24,000 nucleotides of DNA from Sulfurirhabdus sp. (GTDB taxonomy: Bacteria > Pseudomonadota > Gammaproteobacteria > Burkholderiales > SMCO01): positions 5,495 through 29,494 of the forward strand of contig JAYVLG010000071.1 in NCBI GenBank assembly GCA_043759595.1. The letters are read 5' to 3'. The notes below the pieces were generated by a model. That model was not told where the DNA came from. It saw only the letters and a list, made by a program, of their open reading frames with translations, and searched no databases. A program made the position numbers and the translations under genes. Within the stretch, counting starts at the first letter, position 1. Each line of letters begins with the position of its first letter. This document shows positions 1-9,029 of the stretch, in pieces.

Positions 1-225
1 CGGATCAATCAGCAATGTAACACCATTCTTTTGCAAAGCCGTATCATCTTCATTAACCACTTCATCAAAAGTGAAGCCATACTGAAAACCTGAGCAACCA
101 CCACCGCTAACAAACACGCGTAATTTCAGCTCGGTATTTCCTTCTTCTTCGATCAGCTCTTTTACCTTGCTAGCTGCGCTATCGGTAAAATTCAAAGGGC
201 TTTCCATTTCGGTTACAGCATTCAT
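1..225 (-). CDS. erpA: Fe-S cluster insertion protein ErpA (A-type carrier); C-terminal part cut by window edge
   Basis: Own translation from ATG (rc of 223-225) gives [55 protein letters not shown]..., the HesB/IscA/ErpA signature. AGGAG SD at rc of 231-235. Absent from the ORF track because there is no stop in the window. Confidence 0.85.
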   Translation of the reverse strand, partial: MNAVTEMESPLNFTDSAASKVKELIEEEGNTELKLRVFVSGGGCSGFQYGFTFDEVVNEDDTALQKNGVTLLIDP

Positions 226-283
226 GATAACTCCTTGCACACATTAAGTTACTATTATCTATCAACTATTGATGATAGGTCAA

Positions 284-691
284 TTATTTAGTCACAGTTT
301 TCAACTCAACTATCGGAGCTGCCTCATTTCCATGGGGATGCACAAGCTTCCCTTCAACAACTGCCCCAAGGTGCATTTCCAGCGTTTTATAGCACACATC
401 ACCTGTGACCCTGGATTTTGATTGAAGTTCCACATATTCAGAAGCATTAACCGGGCCGATCACTGTACCATTAATCACGACATGGGATACATTTATCGCC
501 CCTTCAATCACCGCCTTCTCACTCAGAACCAGCGTACAAGGCTTATCACCATCAGCACTGACACTTCCCTTTATGCAGCCATCAACGTGCAGACCACCTG
601 AAAACTTCACATCCCCTTTCAAGGTTGTACCGGCACCAATCAAACTACCGATCTTGGTTTGAGGTTTACTTCGCTTATTTTTGAAAAACAT
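284..691 (-). CDS. bactofilin (polymer-forming cytoskeletal protein, DUF583/CcmA-like)
   Basis: 135 aa with repeated beta-helical G-x-V/I-x-G segments (TLKGDVKFSGGLHVDGCIKGSV, AVIEGAINVSHVVINGTVIGPV, SRVTGDVCYKTLEMHLGAVVEGKL), typical of bactofilins. Confidence 0.85.
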   Translation of the reverse strand: MFFKNKRSKPQTKIGSLIGAGTTLKGDVKFSGGLHVDGCIKGSVSADGDKPCTLVLSEKAVIEGAINVSHVVINGTVIGPVNASEYVELQSKSRVTGDVCYKTLEMHLGAVVEGKLVHPHGNEAAPIVELKTVTK

Positions 692-704
692 GGCTGATCC
701 TTTT

Positions 705-1454
705 CTAAGATATGTTTACGGTCTGCGTAAACAAGGGTTGTAACGCCCCCTTCTCAAAAACACGCACCTCGACACTTTTCACTTCCGTGCCCGGTGCCAC
801 CTGAAAAATACCTTCAACTCGCTGATAGTATTTAAAATCCAGCGCGACATCCAAAGCATTATTTGATCCAGCACTTGCAATTGGCATCACGATTTTCTTG
901 CCTTTTTGCAAAGTGTTCGCTAAAAATCGAACTCGGCCCTGAAAATCTTGCCCTCTTGTCCCGGATTGCAAAAATAACGACTGGTAATGATATTCGTTGG
1001 GAAAACCACTATGCTCCACCTTAAAACGGTACAAGCGGACTGACGATCCTGCTTTGCCATCCGTGGACATCAAATTACGGAAAAAAGTGATGTCTTCCTT
1101 AAGACGGGCATTTTCATCCTGAAGCGCCTTAGCAGACTTGGCCAACTCTCGTTGCGTAGCCACTTCAACTTCTACCTGTCGTTTGGCCACAACGGCCTCA
1201 GCTTCAAATTTACCGGTTTCACGCTGCAGTTTGGATAAACGTTCTCTCAAGTCAGCCAATTCCTGGCGTGTTTCCCTATGATCCAAACCCGTCAGTGCGT
1301 TTCCTATGTCATACATCCACCAGGCAAGTGCCAGCCCAACTGCAAAAGCTGAAACCACAAACAACCAGCGCCAGTACCAAGGCACATGTGTACGAATCGA
1401 CATCCGTGGTGCGGCAATTCCAAACTTGCGCCTTACCGCCCGAACCAACCTCAT
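705..1454 (-). CDS. membrane-anchored coiled-coil protein of unknown function, co-oriented with bactofilin
   Basis: 249 aa with an N-terminal TM helix ([23 protein letters not shown]) followed by a heptad-rich coiled coil ([24 protein letters not shown]...). The start overlaps the argC stop by ATGA (1451-1454). Confidence 0.7.
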   Translation of the reverse strand: MRLVRAVRRKFGIAAPRMSIRTHVPWYWRWLFVVSAFAVGLALAWWMYDIGNALTGLDHRETRQELADLRERLSKLQRETGKFEAEAVVAKRQVEVEVATQRELAKSAKALQDENARLKEDITFFRNLMSTDGKAGSSVRLYRFKVEHSGFPNEYHYQSLFLQSGTRGQDFQGRVRFLANTLQKGKKIVMPIASAGSNNALDVALDFKYYQRVEGIFQVAPGTEVKSVEVRVFEKGALQPLFTQTVNIS

Positions 1455-2479
1455 GGCAGCAGAGGTATCTGCTCCAGACCCATAGTCTCATCCAGCCGGA
1501 ACATGATGTTCATATTTTGTACTGCCTGACCTGAAGCACCTTTCACCAGGTTATCAATTACTGACAATACGACCACCATATCGCCTTCCTGTTGTCGATG
1601 CACGGCGATACGGCAATAGTTCGCACTCCTGACTGAGCGCGTTTCAGGATGCGAACCAGCTGGCATGACATCGACAAAGTGTTCGTTTTCATAGCGTTTT
1701 TCAAACAACGCCTGCAAATCCACATCTTTAGTAAGGCGCGCATAAAGCGTGGCATGAATACCTCTGATCAACGGTGTCAGATGAGGCACAAACGTTAAAC
1801 CCGCCTGTTGACCTGCCATCAGAGAGAGGCCTTGCTTAATTTCAGGTAAGTGTCGGTGTCCAGCCACACCATAGGCTTTGAAATTATCAGATGCTTCTGC
1901 AAACAGGGCATGCACTTCCGCCTTGCGCCCGGCACCACTGACACCGGATTTGCAATCAGCGATCAGATGCCCAACATCCACAACGCCTGCTTCTATCAGG
2001 GGTAAAAATCCAAGCTGTGCTGCGGTTGGGTAACAGCCGGGGTTTGCGACCAAACGGGCTGTTTTTACTTTTTCCCGGTTAATTTCAGGCAGGCCATATA
2101 CCGCCTCTGCGATTAAATCAGGGCAAGCGTGCTCCATGCCATACCATTTTTCCCATACACCAACATCTTTGATACGAAAATCGGCAGCGAGATCGATAAC
2201 GCGCACACCCGAATCAAGCAGCTCTCGAGTTTGCTGCATGGCAATGCCATTGGGCGTTGCAAAAAACACGACATCACAGCTCTTCAAGGGAGCTTCGCCA
2301 GGGTCAGCAAACTTTAAATTAACTCGACCACGCAAATTGGGAAACATCTCGCTCACCGGCATTCCCGCTTCTTTACGTGAAGTGATAGCCTTCAGTTCAA
2401 CTTTCGGGTGCTGCGCCAATAAGCGAAGCAGCTCTACACCAGTGTAGCCAGTGCCACCGACAATACCTACTTTAATCAC
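1451..2479 (-). CDS. argC: N-acetyl-gamma-glutamyl-phosphate reductase
   Basis: 342 aa with [24 protein letters not shown]-binding N-terminus and the active-site region NPGCYPTA, characteristic of ArgC. Confidence 0.95.
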   Translation of the reverse strand: MIKVGIVGGTGYTGVELLRLLAQHPKVELKAITSRKEAGMPVSEMFPNLRGRVNLKFADPGEAPLKSCDVVFFATPNGIAMQQTRELLDSGVRVIDLAADFRIKDVGVWEKWYGMEHACPDLIAEAVYGLPEINREKVKTARLVANPGCYPTAAQLGFLPLIEAGVVDVGHLIADCKSGVSGAGRKAEVHALFAEASDNFKAYGVAGHRHLPEIKQGLSLMAGQQAGLTFVPHLTPLIRGIHATLYARLTKDVDLQALFEKRYENEHFVDVMPAGSHPETRSVRSANYCRIAVHRQQEGDMVVVLSVIDNLVKGASGQAVQNMNIMFRLDETMGLEQIPLLP

Positions 2480-2543
2480 TATCTGCCCCCATCAATTCAA
2501 TTCGAGAACTTTTTATAATAACCATGGAATACCTATTAGGCAA

Positions 2544-2570
2544 TAAAAAAGCCGCCCGAAGGCGGCTTTC
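2544..2570 (-). terminator. rho-independent terminator of rplM-rpsI
   Basis: On the minus strand, AAGCCGCC-TTCG-GGCGGCTT is followed by TTTTTTATT, 20 nt after the rpsI stop. Confidence 0.8.
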
Positions 2571-2590
2571 TAAACAAACGGTAATTAAAA

Positions 2591-2983
2591 TTAACGCTTG
2601 GAGAATTGCTTTGCACGGCGCGCTTTACGCAGACCGACTTTCTTACGCTCAACTTCACGTGCATCACGTGTGACCAATCCTGCGGCTCTCAATTGAGGTT
2701 TCAGGCTTGCATCATACTCAATCAACGCGCGGGTAATGCCATGACGAACTGCACCAGCCTGACCTGATTCACCACCGCCAATCACGTTTACCATGATGTC
2801 AAAGGTACCTTCATGATTGGTCAAGACCAAAGGCTGACGCACGACCATACGGCCAGTTTCGCGAGAAAAATAAATATCTACTGGCTTTTCATTTACCGTG
2901 ATATCGCCCTTGCCTGGCTTAATAAATACTCTGGCAACAGCGTTTTTACGACGACCAGTACCGTAATGATAGTTTCCGACCAT
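2591..2983 (-). CDS. rpsI: 30S ribosomal protein S9
   Basis: 130 aa: [18 protein letters not shown] ... [19 protein letters not shown] ... [11 protein letters not shown]. Confidence 0.97.
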   Translation of the reverse strand: MVGNYHYGTGRRKNAVARVFIKPGKGDITVNEKPVDIYFSRETGRMVVRQPLVLTNHEGTFDIMVNVIGGGESGQAGAVRHGITRALIEYDASLKPQLRAAGLVTRDAREVERKKVGLRKARRAKQFSKR

Positions 2984-2992
2984 GGTTTATCC

Positions 2993-3421
2993 TTAAATAT
3001 CCAATGCTACAGGTTGCTGAGCAATATGTGGATGCTCCGCACCAGCGTAGCACTTGAGTTTTTTCAGCATGGCATAACCTAAGGGACCCTTAGGCAACAT
3101 GCCTTTCACTGCTTTTTCAAGTGCACGACCTGGAAAACGAGCCTGCATTTTTGCAAAGTTTGTTTCATAAATACCGCCCGGATATCCGGTATGACGGTAG
3201 TAAATTTTGTCTTGTTCTTTATTGCCAGTAACACGCAATTTTTCCACATTAGTTACAACGATGTAATCACCGGTGTCTACGTGTGGTGTATAGATTGCTT
3301 TATGTTTACCGCGCAAACGGTGTGCAATCTCGCTAGCGAGACGGCCAAGAACTTTATCTGTGGCATCAACCACAAACCAGTCGTGTGTTACCTCATGCGA
3401 TTTAGCAGAGAAGGTTTTCAT
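2993..3421 (-). CDS. rplM: 50S ribosomal protein L13
   Basis: 142 aa: MKTF...[40 protein letters not shown]. Confidence 0.97.
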   Translation of the reverse strand: MKTFSAKSHEVTHDWFVVDATDKVLGRLASEIAHRLRGKHKAIYTPHVDTGDYIVVTNVEKLRVTGNKEQDKIYYRHTGYPGGIYETNFAKMQARFPGRALEKAVKGMLPKGPLGYAMLKKLKCYAGAEHPHIAQQPVALDI

Positions 3422-3461
3422 TCAGAAACCTCAGTCACTTATTAATTTGAGAAAGTCGCAA

Positions 3462-3491
3462 ATTTTATGTCAAAAGCCATCATGTTGTCAA
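3462..3491 (-). promoter_or_regulatory. candidate sigma70 promoter of rplM-rpsI
   Basis: The minus strand reads TTGACA (3491-3486), an 18-nt spacer, then TAAAAT (3467-3462). A second TTGACA (3473-3468) with TCAAAT (3450-3445) could be a tandem promoter. Confidence 0.45.
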
Positions 3492-3598
3492 ACCATAATT
3501 GGATTATTTCTTTTCCTGGCACACTTTAACATTCACTTAGCGTTAGTCCGATTGGCTTTTACCCATCTTACCATGTTTATTTCCACCTTCTGTTTTTG

Positions 3599-3630
3599 AA
3601 AAAAAAAGCGCAACCTATTTAGGTTGCGCT
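3599..3630 (-). terminator. strong unidirectional intrinsic terminator with no annotated gene upstream
   Basis: On the minus strand, a perfect 10-bp stem AGCGCAACCT/AGGTTGCGCT (3607-3616 / 3621-3630) with a 4-nt loop is followed by a run of 9 U (3599-3607). Confidence 0.8.
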
Positions 3631-3703
3631 AAAATCCACCAAAGAAGGGGGATGGAGGAGACACCATCAAGACGCTTATTAAGATGGGGAAGCGTCCAGA
3701 TGT
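3599..3703 (-). ncRNA. candidate ~105-nt small RNA (promoter + terminator defined), function unknown
   Basis: Bounded by the promoter-like TTGCAC-17-GATAAT (3738-3710) and the terminator at 3599-3630. It contains a hairpin GACGCTT...AAGCGTC (3671-3696) and a C/U-rich stretch CUCCUCCAUCCCCCUUCUUU. No ORF longer than 12 codons. Confidence 0.3.
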
Positions 3704-3709
3704 GTTAGC

Positions 3710-3738
3710 ATTATCTAATATAATAATATTTTGTGCAA
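3710..3738 (-). promoter_or_regulatory. candidate sigma70 promoter for the sRNA candidate
   Basis: The minus strand reads TTGCAC (3738-3733), an exact 17-nt spacer, then GATAAT (3715-3710). Confidence 0.4.
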
Positions 3739-3805
3739 CTATTTTTCTCTTCCTCCAGCATTCTTTTATTTACATTTTCTCTTTTTATCTAAAGTGGAAT
3801 CACCC

Positions 3806-4549
3806 ATGAACTGGATTATTGTCAATTTTGTTAGCGCTTTTCTTCTTCCACCGATTAATTTACTCGTATTGGGCGCTGCGGGATTGGCCACCGTGAAAAA
3901 ACATCCACGATTAGGGAAAAGCCTTATCGTTACTTCATTTTTATTTCTTTTTATTCTATCGACCCCATATGCTGCAAGCACATTACTTGGCAGCCTTGAA
4001 ACCTTCCCGGCTGTCACTTCACTCAATCCCAATGCTGGCGCTATCGTTATTTTAGGTGCTGGGGCCAATTCCAGCGCCCCTGAATATGGCGGCGATACAG
4101 TTGACGCCTTAAGTTTACAACGGGTGCGTTACGGAGCATCTTTACAGCGGCGGAGCGGGTTACCGATTTTGGTCAGCGGCGGAAACCCCGCAGGTGACAC
4201 ACCTGTTGGAGTGCTCATGAAAAATGCTTTAGAGCGGGATTTTCAAGTTCCGGCTCGCTGGGTAGAAGACCGTTCCAGTAACACTTATGAAAATGCCATG
4301 TTCAGCTATAAAATTTTGCACCAGTCGGGGATTGACACTATTTATCTGGTAACGCATGCATGGCACATGCCGAGGGCTGTTGCCACTTTTAAAAAGGCAG
4401 GTTTTCACGTTATTCCTGCTCCCACCGTTTTTAGTTCTTATAAACATATCTCGTTAATGGATTTTATGCCTAACGCGCCAGCATTCCTCAAAAGTTACTA
4501 CGCAATTCATGAGATGATCGGGTTAGTGTGGTATCAGATCAAGAATTAA
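3806..4549 (+). CDS. YdcF/DUF218 (ElyC/SanA-like) family membrane protein
   Basis: N-terminal TM helices followed by a DUF218-like core (IVILGAG ... VSGG ... TYENA ... LVTHAWHMPRA). ATG at 3806 is preferred over the TTG at 3731 given in the ORF track. Confidence 0.75.
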   Translation: MNWIIVNFVSAFLLPPINLLVLGAAGLATVKKHPRLGKSLIVTSFLFLFILSTPYAASTLLGSLETFPAVTSLNPNAGAIVILGAGANSSAPEYGGDTVDALSLQRVRYGASLQRRSGLPILVSGGNPAGDTPVGVLMKNALERDFQVPARWVEDRSSNTYENAMFSYKILHQSGIDTIYLVTHAWHMPRAVATFKKAGFHVIPAPTVFSSYKHISLMDFMPNAPAFLKSYYAIHEMIGLVWYQIKN

Positions 4550-4613
4550 CAGGCCATTTACCTGATCTGTTAAGATGATGCGCAAAAATAGTTCATGAAA
4601 AGGATATATTCGT

Positions 4614-5030
4614 ATGAAAGCACGTATTAAATGGGTTGAAGGAGTCAGTTTTTTAGGTGAAACGGAAAGCAATCATGCTGTATTGATGGATGGTTCGCCT
4701 GAAGCTGGCGGGCGTAATTTAGGTGCGCGCCCGATGGAGCTAATACTGCTTGGCTTGGGAGGATGCTCTTCCTTTGATGTTGTCCTCATTCTCAAAAAAC
4801 AAAGGCAAGACATTACCGATTGCGTTGCGGAAATCAGTGCAGATAGAGCTGATAGCGACCCAAAAGTGTTTACCCGAATCCATCTGCACTTTATTGTCAC
4901 TGGAAAAAACTTAAAACCAGAACAAGTTGAACGTGCCATCAAGCTGTCTGCAGAGAAATACTGCTCAGCCTCGATCATGATAGGTAAAACAGCTGAAATT
5001 ACGCATGATTTTGAGATTGTTGAAGTTTAA
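4614..5030 (+). CDS. OsmC family protein (peroxiredoxin-like)
   Basis: 138 aa with PMELILLGLGGCSSFDV and AEKYCSAS, the two-cysteine OsmC/Ohr-type pattern. Confidence 0.85.
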   Translation: MKARIKWVEGVSFLGETESNHAVLMDGSPEAGGRNLGARPMELILLGLGGCSSFDVVLILKKQRQDITDCVAEISADRADSDPKVFTRIHLHFIVTGKNLKPEQVERAIKLSAEKYCSASIMIGKTAEITHDFEIVEV

Positions 5031-5063
5031 ATCCCACCTAAAACAACTTCTACACACAGAGCT

Positions 5064-5091
5064 TTCACCGCAGAGGCGCGGAGGCGCAGAG
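5064..5091 (+). repeat. family A repeat, copy A1 (TTCACC + 3 octamers), solo
   Basis: ttcaccgcagaggcgcggaggcgcagag. It lies between the convergent OsmC-family gene and the 5112-5438 ORF. Confidence 0.9.
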
Positions 5092-5111
5092 AAAACCGCC
5101 TCCCTACTTCT

Positions 5112-5438
5112 TCACGCTGGGTAGCAGCGTACGGCGTAGTAAATATCTTTCTCGATGACTTCAAACAGGCGGTCTATGTTGGGATGTTTGCCGGGGTTCT
5201 GACGCGCATCTTCGGTGTGTTCTGCAAACAAATCCAGTGCTTCCTGTGCGGCTTTGGGGCCGATACCACCCCATTTCTTTGACACGTGATAGTAAACCCG
5301 AAACGATCCCTGGCTGCCCGGCTTGTTTTCGATGCCGGCCTCTACCTCACCGCTTTCTCCAAACAATTTCATATTACCAAAACCATCTGTATTTTCCAGC
5401 GTTGCCAGATTTTCTTGAAAATTCTGCATTGATACCAT
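5112..5438 (-). CDS. conserved-looking hypothetical protein (108 aa)
   Basis: Clean ORF with no overlap. I do not recognise the family. Confidence 0.55.
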   Translation of the reverse strand: MVSMQNFQENLATLENTDGFGNMKLFGESGEVEAGIENKPGSQGSFRVYYHVSKKWGGIGPKAAQEALDLFAEHTEDARQNPGKHPNIDRLFEVIEKDIYYAVRCYPA

Positions 5439-5471
5439 TACTCCTTACGTTTGTTATTACTGTGAAAGACA

Positions 5472-6098
5472 TCACACCCAATATGCGACGGTTGTCATGA
5501 TCTTTGCATTGAGTTTCATTGCTTGCTGAACGGGCTTTGGCAGCGCCACACCGCCATGCTGCAGGGCGGTGGTTGCGTGTTTTGCTTCATCTTCTCTCAT
5601 TTGTACCAGCACAGCATGACTTTTTTCATCTTGCGCTGGCAAACGCTGCAAATGCCCTTCGAGATGTGCGCCCACTTGATGTTCCGTTTCAGCCAGAAAC
5701 CCCAGACTCCATTTATCACCCATTGCACCAGCCAGTGCACCGATGGCCAAGGAGCCGGTATACCATAAAGGATTGAGGAAACTTTTGTGGGTGCCCAATG
5801 CCTGAATCCGGCTTTCGCACCAGGCCAGATGTTCGGTTTCTTCAGCCGCTGCCTGTTCGAGCGCTTTTTGGGTCAGAGGATCTTGCGCGGTCAGGGCTTG
5901 CCCTTGATAGAGCGCTTGAGCACAGATTTCGCCACTGTGATTGATGCGCATCAGGGCACCTGCCAAGCGCTTTTCTGTCTCGGTCAAATCCTGCTCTGGC
6001 AAATCTGCTCCGGGCAAGGGTCTTGCTGTTTGCGCTTTCGCAAACAGGGTACGCAAACCTTTATCAAAATTAATAATGACGTGATCTATATTCAGCAT
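5472..6098 (-). CDS. coq7: demethoxyubiquinone hydroxylase Coq7 (di-iron carboxylate)
   Basis: 208 aa: RINHSGEICAQALYQGQ, EETEHLAWC, GFLAETEHQV, DEAKHA. These are the ExxH di-iron motifs of Coq7. Confidence 0.9.
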   Translation of the reverse strand: MLNIDHVIINFDKGLRTLFAKAQTARPLPGADLPEQDLTETEKRLAGALMRINHSGEICAQALYQGQALTAQDPLTQKALEQAAAEETEHLAWCESRIQALGTHKSFLNPLWYTGSLAIGALAGAMGDKWSLGFLAETEHQVGAHLEGHLQRLPAQDEKSHAVLVQMREDEAKHATTALQHGGVALPKPVQQAMKLNAKIMTTVAYWV

Positions 6099-7399
6099 TT
6101 TCCGGTAAACCCCATTTGCCTGGCCAATAAAGTGACAGGATGTATGACTTCAATTTGCACGCCTTGACTTCGTAGCCCTTGCGCCAGCCACAGGGCGCAA
6201 CCTACATTGGACGTAGCCAGATAAGTTATATCGCACTGACGCAATGCCTTCATTTTATCATCCCGCAGCAAACCTGCCATCTCTGGTTGCTGTAAATGAT
6301 ACAGTCCAGCCGCTCCGCAACATTGGTCATTGCCTGCCAAAGGCTCGATGACTGCCTGAGGAATGCGCGCCAGCAACATATACACTGATTTTTCAGAATG
6401 AAGCACATTGCGCAGTGTACAGGGGTCGTGCACCATAATCCTGGCATCCAGCGGGGTTAAAGTGACGCCCTCCCACCCTTGTGTACGGGATAAGAACGCA
6501 CTGATATCCACGACCTTGGTCGCAATATCAGCTCCCTCCAGACCAATTATGTGATTGTACTCACTTAACATGGCGCCGCAACCGGATGCGGCCGAAATAA
6601 TCGCATCAAGTTTTAACCCTTCAAATGCCCGACTGTTCTGCCTTGCTGACTGTGCCGATTCATCCGTAAAGCCTGCATGCTGGTGCATTGCACCACAACA
6701 CCCCTGCTGCTTGGGAACATGCACCGTATATCCCATGCGAGTCAGCACAAATATCGATGCATTCAGCACTTCAACATCCGTCAAACGTGCCACACAGCCC
6801 AGAAACAGCCCTACCTCTCCTCTCACTGCTCCTTGAACCGGGTAAATTTCATTCCAATTGTGAATGGCAGGCAATTCAGGCAACTCAGCTTCCAACCCTT
6901 CCAAACCAAAATGCTGTAATAAGTTAGATTTTCGGAGCAAGTATTGCAAACCAGATTGCTGGTACAGACGAATTACTCGCCCGATAGATCTTAGTTTAAA
7001 GGGGTTATTTACAACGCTACTTAATGCTCGATAACGTTTAGCCCCTGAGCGAGGGTTTGGCCTGTTTTGTTTAATAAATGATCGAACACCATCCACCACA
7101 CTCCCATATTCCACTTTTGAGGGGCAGGCGTTTTCACAGGCACGACAGGTCAGACACAAATCAATATGCTGGATAAAGCGCTCACTGATGGGCAATTTAT
7201 TTTCCAGCACTGCCTTCATCAAGGCGATACGACCACGCGGAGAATCAGCTTCGGATTTTGTTTTACGATAGGTAGGACAATGGGGCAGACACAGGCCACA
7301 GGCAACGCAGCGATTGGCAGCCTGAATAATTTCATTCAGACCAGCAGAGTGGGGTATTAATGGCAAAACTATCGACATGCTTGCCATTATACGTAGCAA
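6092..7399 (-). CDS. (Fe-S)-binding oxidoreductase, GlcF / heterodisulfide-reductase-like
   Basis: Two 4Fe-4S ferredoxin motifs (CVACGLCLPHCPTY and CLTCRACENACPS) plus two CCG-type cysteine-rich regions (GCCGAM, DQCCGAAG). The true start may be an internal Met at 7387 or 7381. No glcD/glcE adjacent. Confidence 0.8.
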   Translation of the reverse strand: MLRIMASMSIVLPLIPHSAGLNEIIQAANRCVACGLCLPHCPTYRKTKSEADSPRGRIALMKAVLENKLPISERFIQHIDLCLTCRACENACPSKVEYGSVVDGVRSFIKQNRPNPRSGAKRYRALSSVVNNPFKLRSIGRVIRLYQQSGLQYLLRKSNLLQHFGLEGLEAELPELPAIHNWNEIYPVQGAVRGEVGLFLGCVARLTDVEVLNASIFVLTRMGYTVHVPKQQGCCGAMHQHAGFTDESAQSARQNSRAFEGLKLDAIISAASGCGAMLSEYNHIIGLEGADIATKVVDISAFLSRTQGWEGVTLTPLDARIMVHDPCTLRNVLHSEKSVYMLLARIPQAVIEPLAGNDQCCGAAGLYHLQQPEMAGLLRDDKMKALRQCDITYLATSNVGCALWLAQGLRSQGVQIEVIHPVTLLARQMGFTGKC

Positions 7400-7422
7400 A
7401 GCACCAGCACGATCACAATCTG

Positions 7423-7454
7423 AAATAAAAAACGGGCGTCCGAAGACGCCCGTT
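7423..7454 (-). terminator. rho-independent terminator of the porin gene
   Basis: On the minus strand, AACGGGCGTC-TTCG-GACGCCCGTT is followed by TTTTTTATTT, about 40 nt after the porin stop. Confidence 0.8.
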
Positions 7455-7492
7455 TTAAGACACTACAATTAATCTAGCTTAAATGAGCCAAA

Positions 7493-8635
7493 TTAGAAGT
7501 TGTGAATCATACCTACGCTAACACCGCTGGTAGCTTGTGTACCAACAGATCCTGCGTTATCACCATGACCACTAGCTGAAACGCTGTATGCTGGGAACAC
7601 GTTAGAAGTTGAATCGCCGTTTTTGTTGTTGGTTCTAGCATATGTAACATAGGCGGTTGTACGCTTGGACATAGCGTGGTCTGCACCCAAAGCCCACATA
7701 GAAGCACCGGTGTTGCTTACGTTACCAATGTCTTTAGCTTTGTAGTATTGTGCTTTAAGGGTATTAGCAGCATCCAGTTTGAACGCAGCGCCCAGACCCC
7801 AAACCTTACGATCGTCATCGGTATTGGCAGCAGCAGTTGTATTCTTGGTATCTTCATACAAAGCAACCACTTTAGCTACGCCGAAATCATATCCACCGCT
7901 CAGACGCCAAGCTTTAGGTGCATCATTGGTACCGCCAACCTGATGCTTTTCCCAAGCCAAGCCAGCAAATACTGGACCGTTTGCGTAGATAGCAGCAACT
8001 GAGGTTGCGCTTGTAGCACCAATATTGTTTGCAGTACCAGCACCAGTACCAACATTAATGTTGGTAGCATAGCCAGCAATAACTTGGAAACCACTCATGG
8101 ATGGAGAAGCGTACCATACCATGCTGGAAGGACGCAGATCCCAGCTACCGTTAGCTGCAACAGTTGCACCTGCGGCATTAACCAAAGTTGCTGAAGAAAT
8201 CAGGTTACGTGTATCACCCAATGTGTTGTTAAACAGGTCAACCTTACGACCAATGGTCTTGAACGGGGTGTCGTTTTTACCCAGATACACGCCACCGAAG
8301 CCACCGGTTAAACCTGCGAAGGTGTTACCACAACCTACGGTACCACCAGCGCAAGAGGTATCATCGTTACCTGTCCCACCAGCGCTAAAGTAGGTTTGAA
8401 CTTGCCAAACAGCTTTCAGGCCATTGCCCAGATCTTCGTCACCGCTGAAAACGATGTTGGAAGAATTGCTGGAAACGTTGCTCATGGTCTGGTTTTGTGT
8501 GCCACCAGCATTGCCCTTGATTAAGTCGTATGAAAAATTCATTTGACCAGAAATTTTAACGTTACCACCATCAGCCATGGCAACAGGTGCTGCTAAAGCA
8601 CTTGCAATTGCCAATGCGATTAGTTTCTTGTTCAT
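7493..8635 (-). CDS. outer-membrane general porin (Gram-negative porin family)
   Basis: Start taken at MNKKLIALAIASALAAPVAMA (signal peptide, GGAGA SD at rc 8641-8646). The protein is Gly/Asn/Thr-rich with an alternating beta-strand pattern and a C-terminal ...VGMIHNF aromatic terminus. Confidence 0.85.
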   Translation of the reverse strand: MNKKLIALAIASALAAPVAMADGGNVKISGQMNFSYDLIKGNAGGTQNQTMSNVSSNSSNIVFSGDEDLGNGLKAVWQVQTYFSAGGTGNDDTSCAGGTVGCGNTFAGLTGGFGGVYLGKNDTPFKTIGRKVDLFNNTLGDTRNLISSATLVNAAGATVAANGSWDLRPSSMVWYASPSMSGFQVIAGYATNINVGTGAGTANNIGATSATSVAAIYANGPVFAGLAWEKHQVGGTNDAPKAWRLSGGYDFGVAKVVALYEDTKNTTAAANTDDDRKVWGLGAAFKLDAANTLKAQYYKAKDIGNVSNTGASMWALGADHAMSKRTTAYVTYARTNNKNGDSTSNVFPAYSVSASGHGDNAGSVGTQATSGVSVGMIHNF

Positions 8636-8858
8636 GTGTTTCTCCGTAAATTGGTTTGAGTTTACATTTTGCAACTGCCATTTAAAACTCGGCGTCGCAA
8701 AATTTACCTCTCTAAAACTGAGAAGTTGAGCCCATTGTGCCAAAGAGTGAAAAGTCATGACAAGCTTTTAATGAGCAACAGGTAACATTGGTCATTCTTA
8801 TTGTTGTTTTTTTGCAACATTGAATTATGGTCTTGCGAGAATTGCGCAGGGCGGTTTT

Positions 8859-8878
8859 TTACCGCAGAGGCGCGGAGG
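8859..8878 (+). repeat. family A repeat, copy A2 (truncated after 2 octamers)
   Basis: ttaccgcagaggcgcggagg. It is the left arm of an inverted pair with A3. Confidence 0.8.
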
Positions 8879-8970
8879 AAAGCGAAGCTTGTAATAGCTG
8901 TAAACAGTGGCGCTACGGTTTTGCCAGACTGGATACTTACGAATCAAGCAATTTGGAATGCCTTTACTTT

Positions 8971-8998
8971 CTCTGCGCCTCCGCGCCTCTGCGGTTAA
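8971..8998 (-). repeat. family A repeat, copy A3
   Basis: ctctgcgcctccgcgcctctgcggttaa, which matches rc of A5 28/28. Confidence 0.9.
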
Positions 8999-9007
8999 AC
9001 GGCTTTA

Positions 9008-9029
9008 AATGAAAACAGGGAACGTCCCT
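9008..9029 (-). terminator. weak candidate terminator after trpC
   Basis: On the minus strand, AGGGA-CGT-TCCCT (starting at the stop codon) is followed by GTTTTCATTT. The stem is short. Confidence 0.3.

Larger units (their letters stand above)
8859..8998. mobile_element. gene-less inverted pair of family A repeats (MITE-like, 140 bp)
   Basis: A2 (+) and A3 (-) face each other across a 92-bp non-coding insert. A3 is the exact reverse complement of the A5 repeat that ends the GxxExxY gene unit. Confidence 0.5.

Noticed and set aside
1268-1534. Small ORFs overlapping the argC stop / downstream-gene start region (88 aa plus strand, 60 aa minus strand)
   Set aside because: They overlap two well-supported genes in alternative frames, with no SD and no recognisable sequence features.
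5081-5103. Hairpin GGAGGCG-N10-CGCCTCC formed between repeat A1 and its flank, as a terminator for the convergent genes
   Set aside because: No U-run follows on either strand, so the pairing may be incidental to GC-rich repeat sequence. It is left uncalled.
7493-8758. The long 421-aa version of the porin ORF, and likewise the extended starts of the DUF218 gene (3731), rpe (15905) and apaG (16030)
   Set aside because: Internal ATGs give canonical N-termini preceded by SD-like sequences (a signal peptide for the porin, MSKFKIAP for rpe). The upstream extensions use TTG/GTG or add non-homologous residues.
8801-9012. Two overlapping plus-strand ORFs (65 and 61 aa) between the porin gene and trpC
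   Set aside because: Both run through the inverted family A pair. Their ends (..FTAEARRKAK.., ..SAPPRLCG) are repeat translations, and there is no independent coding signal.
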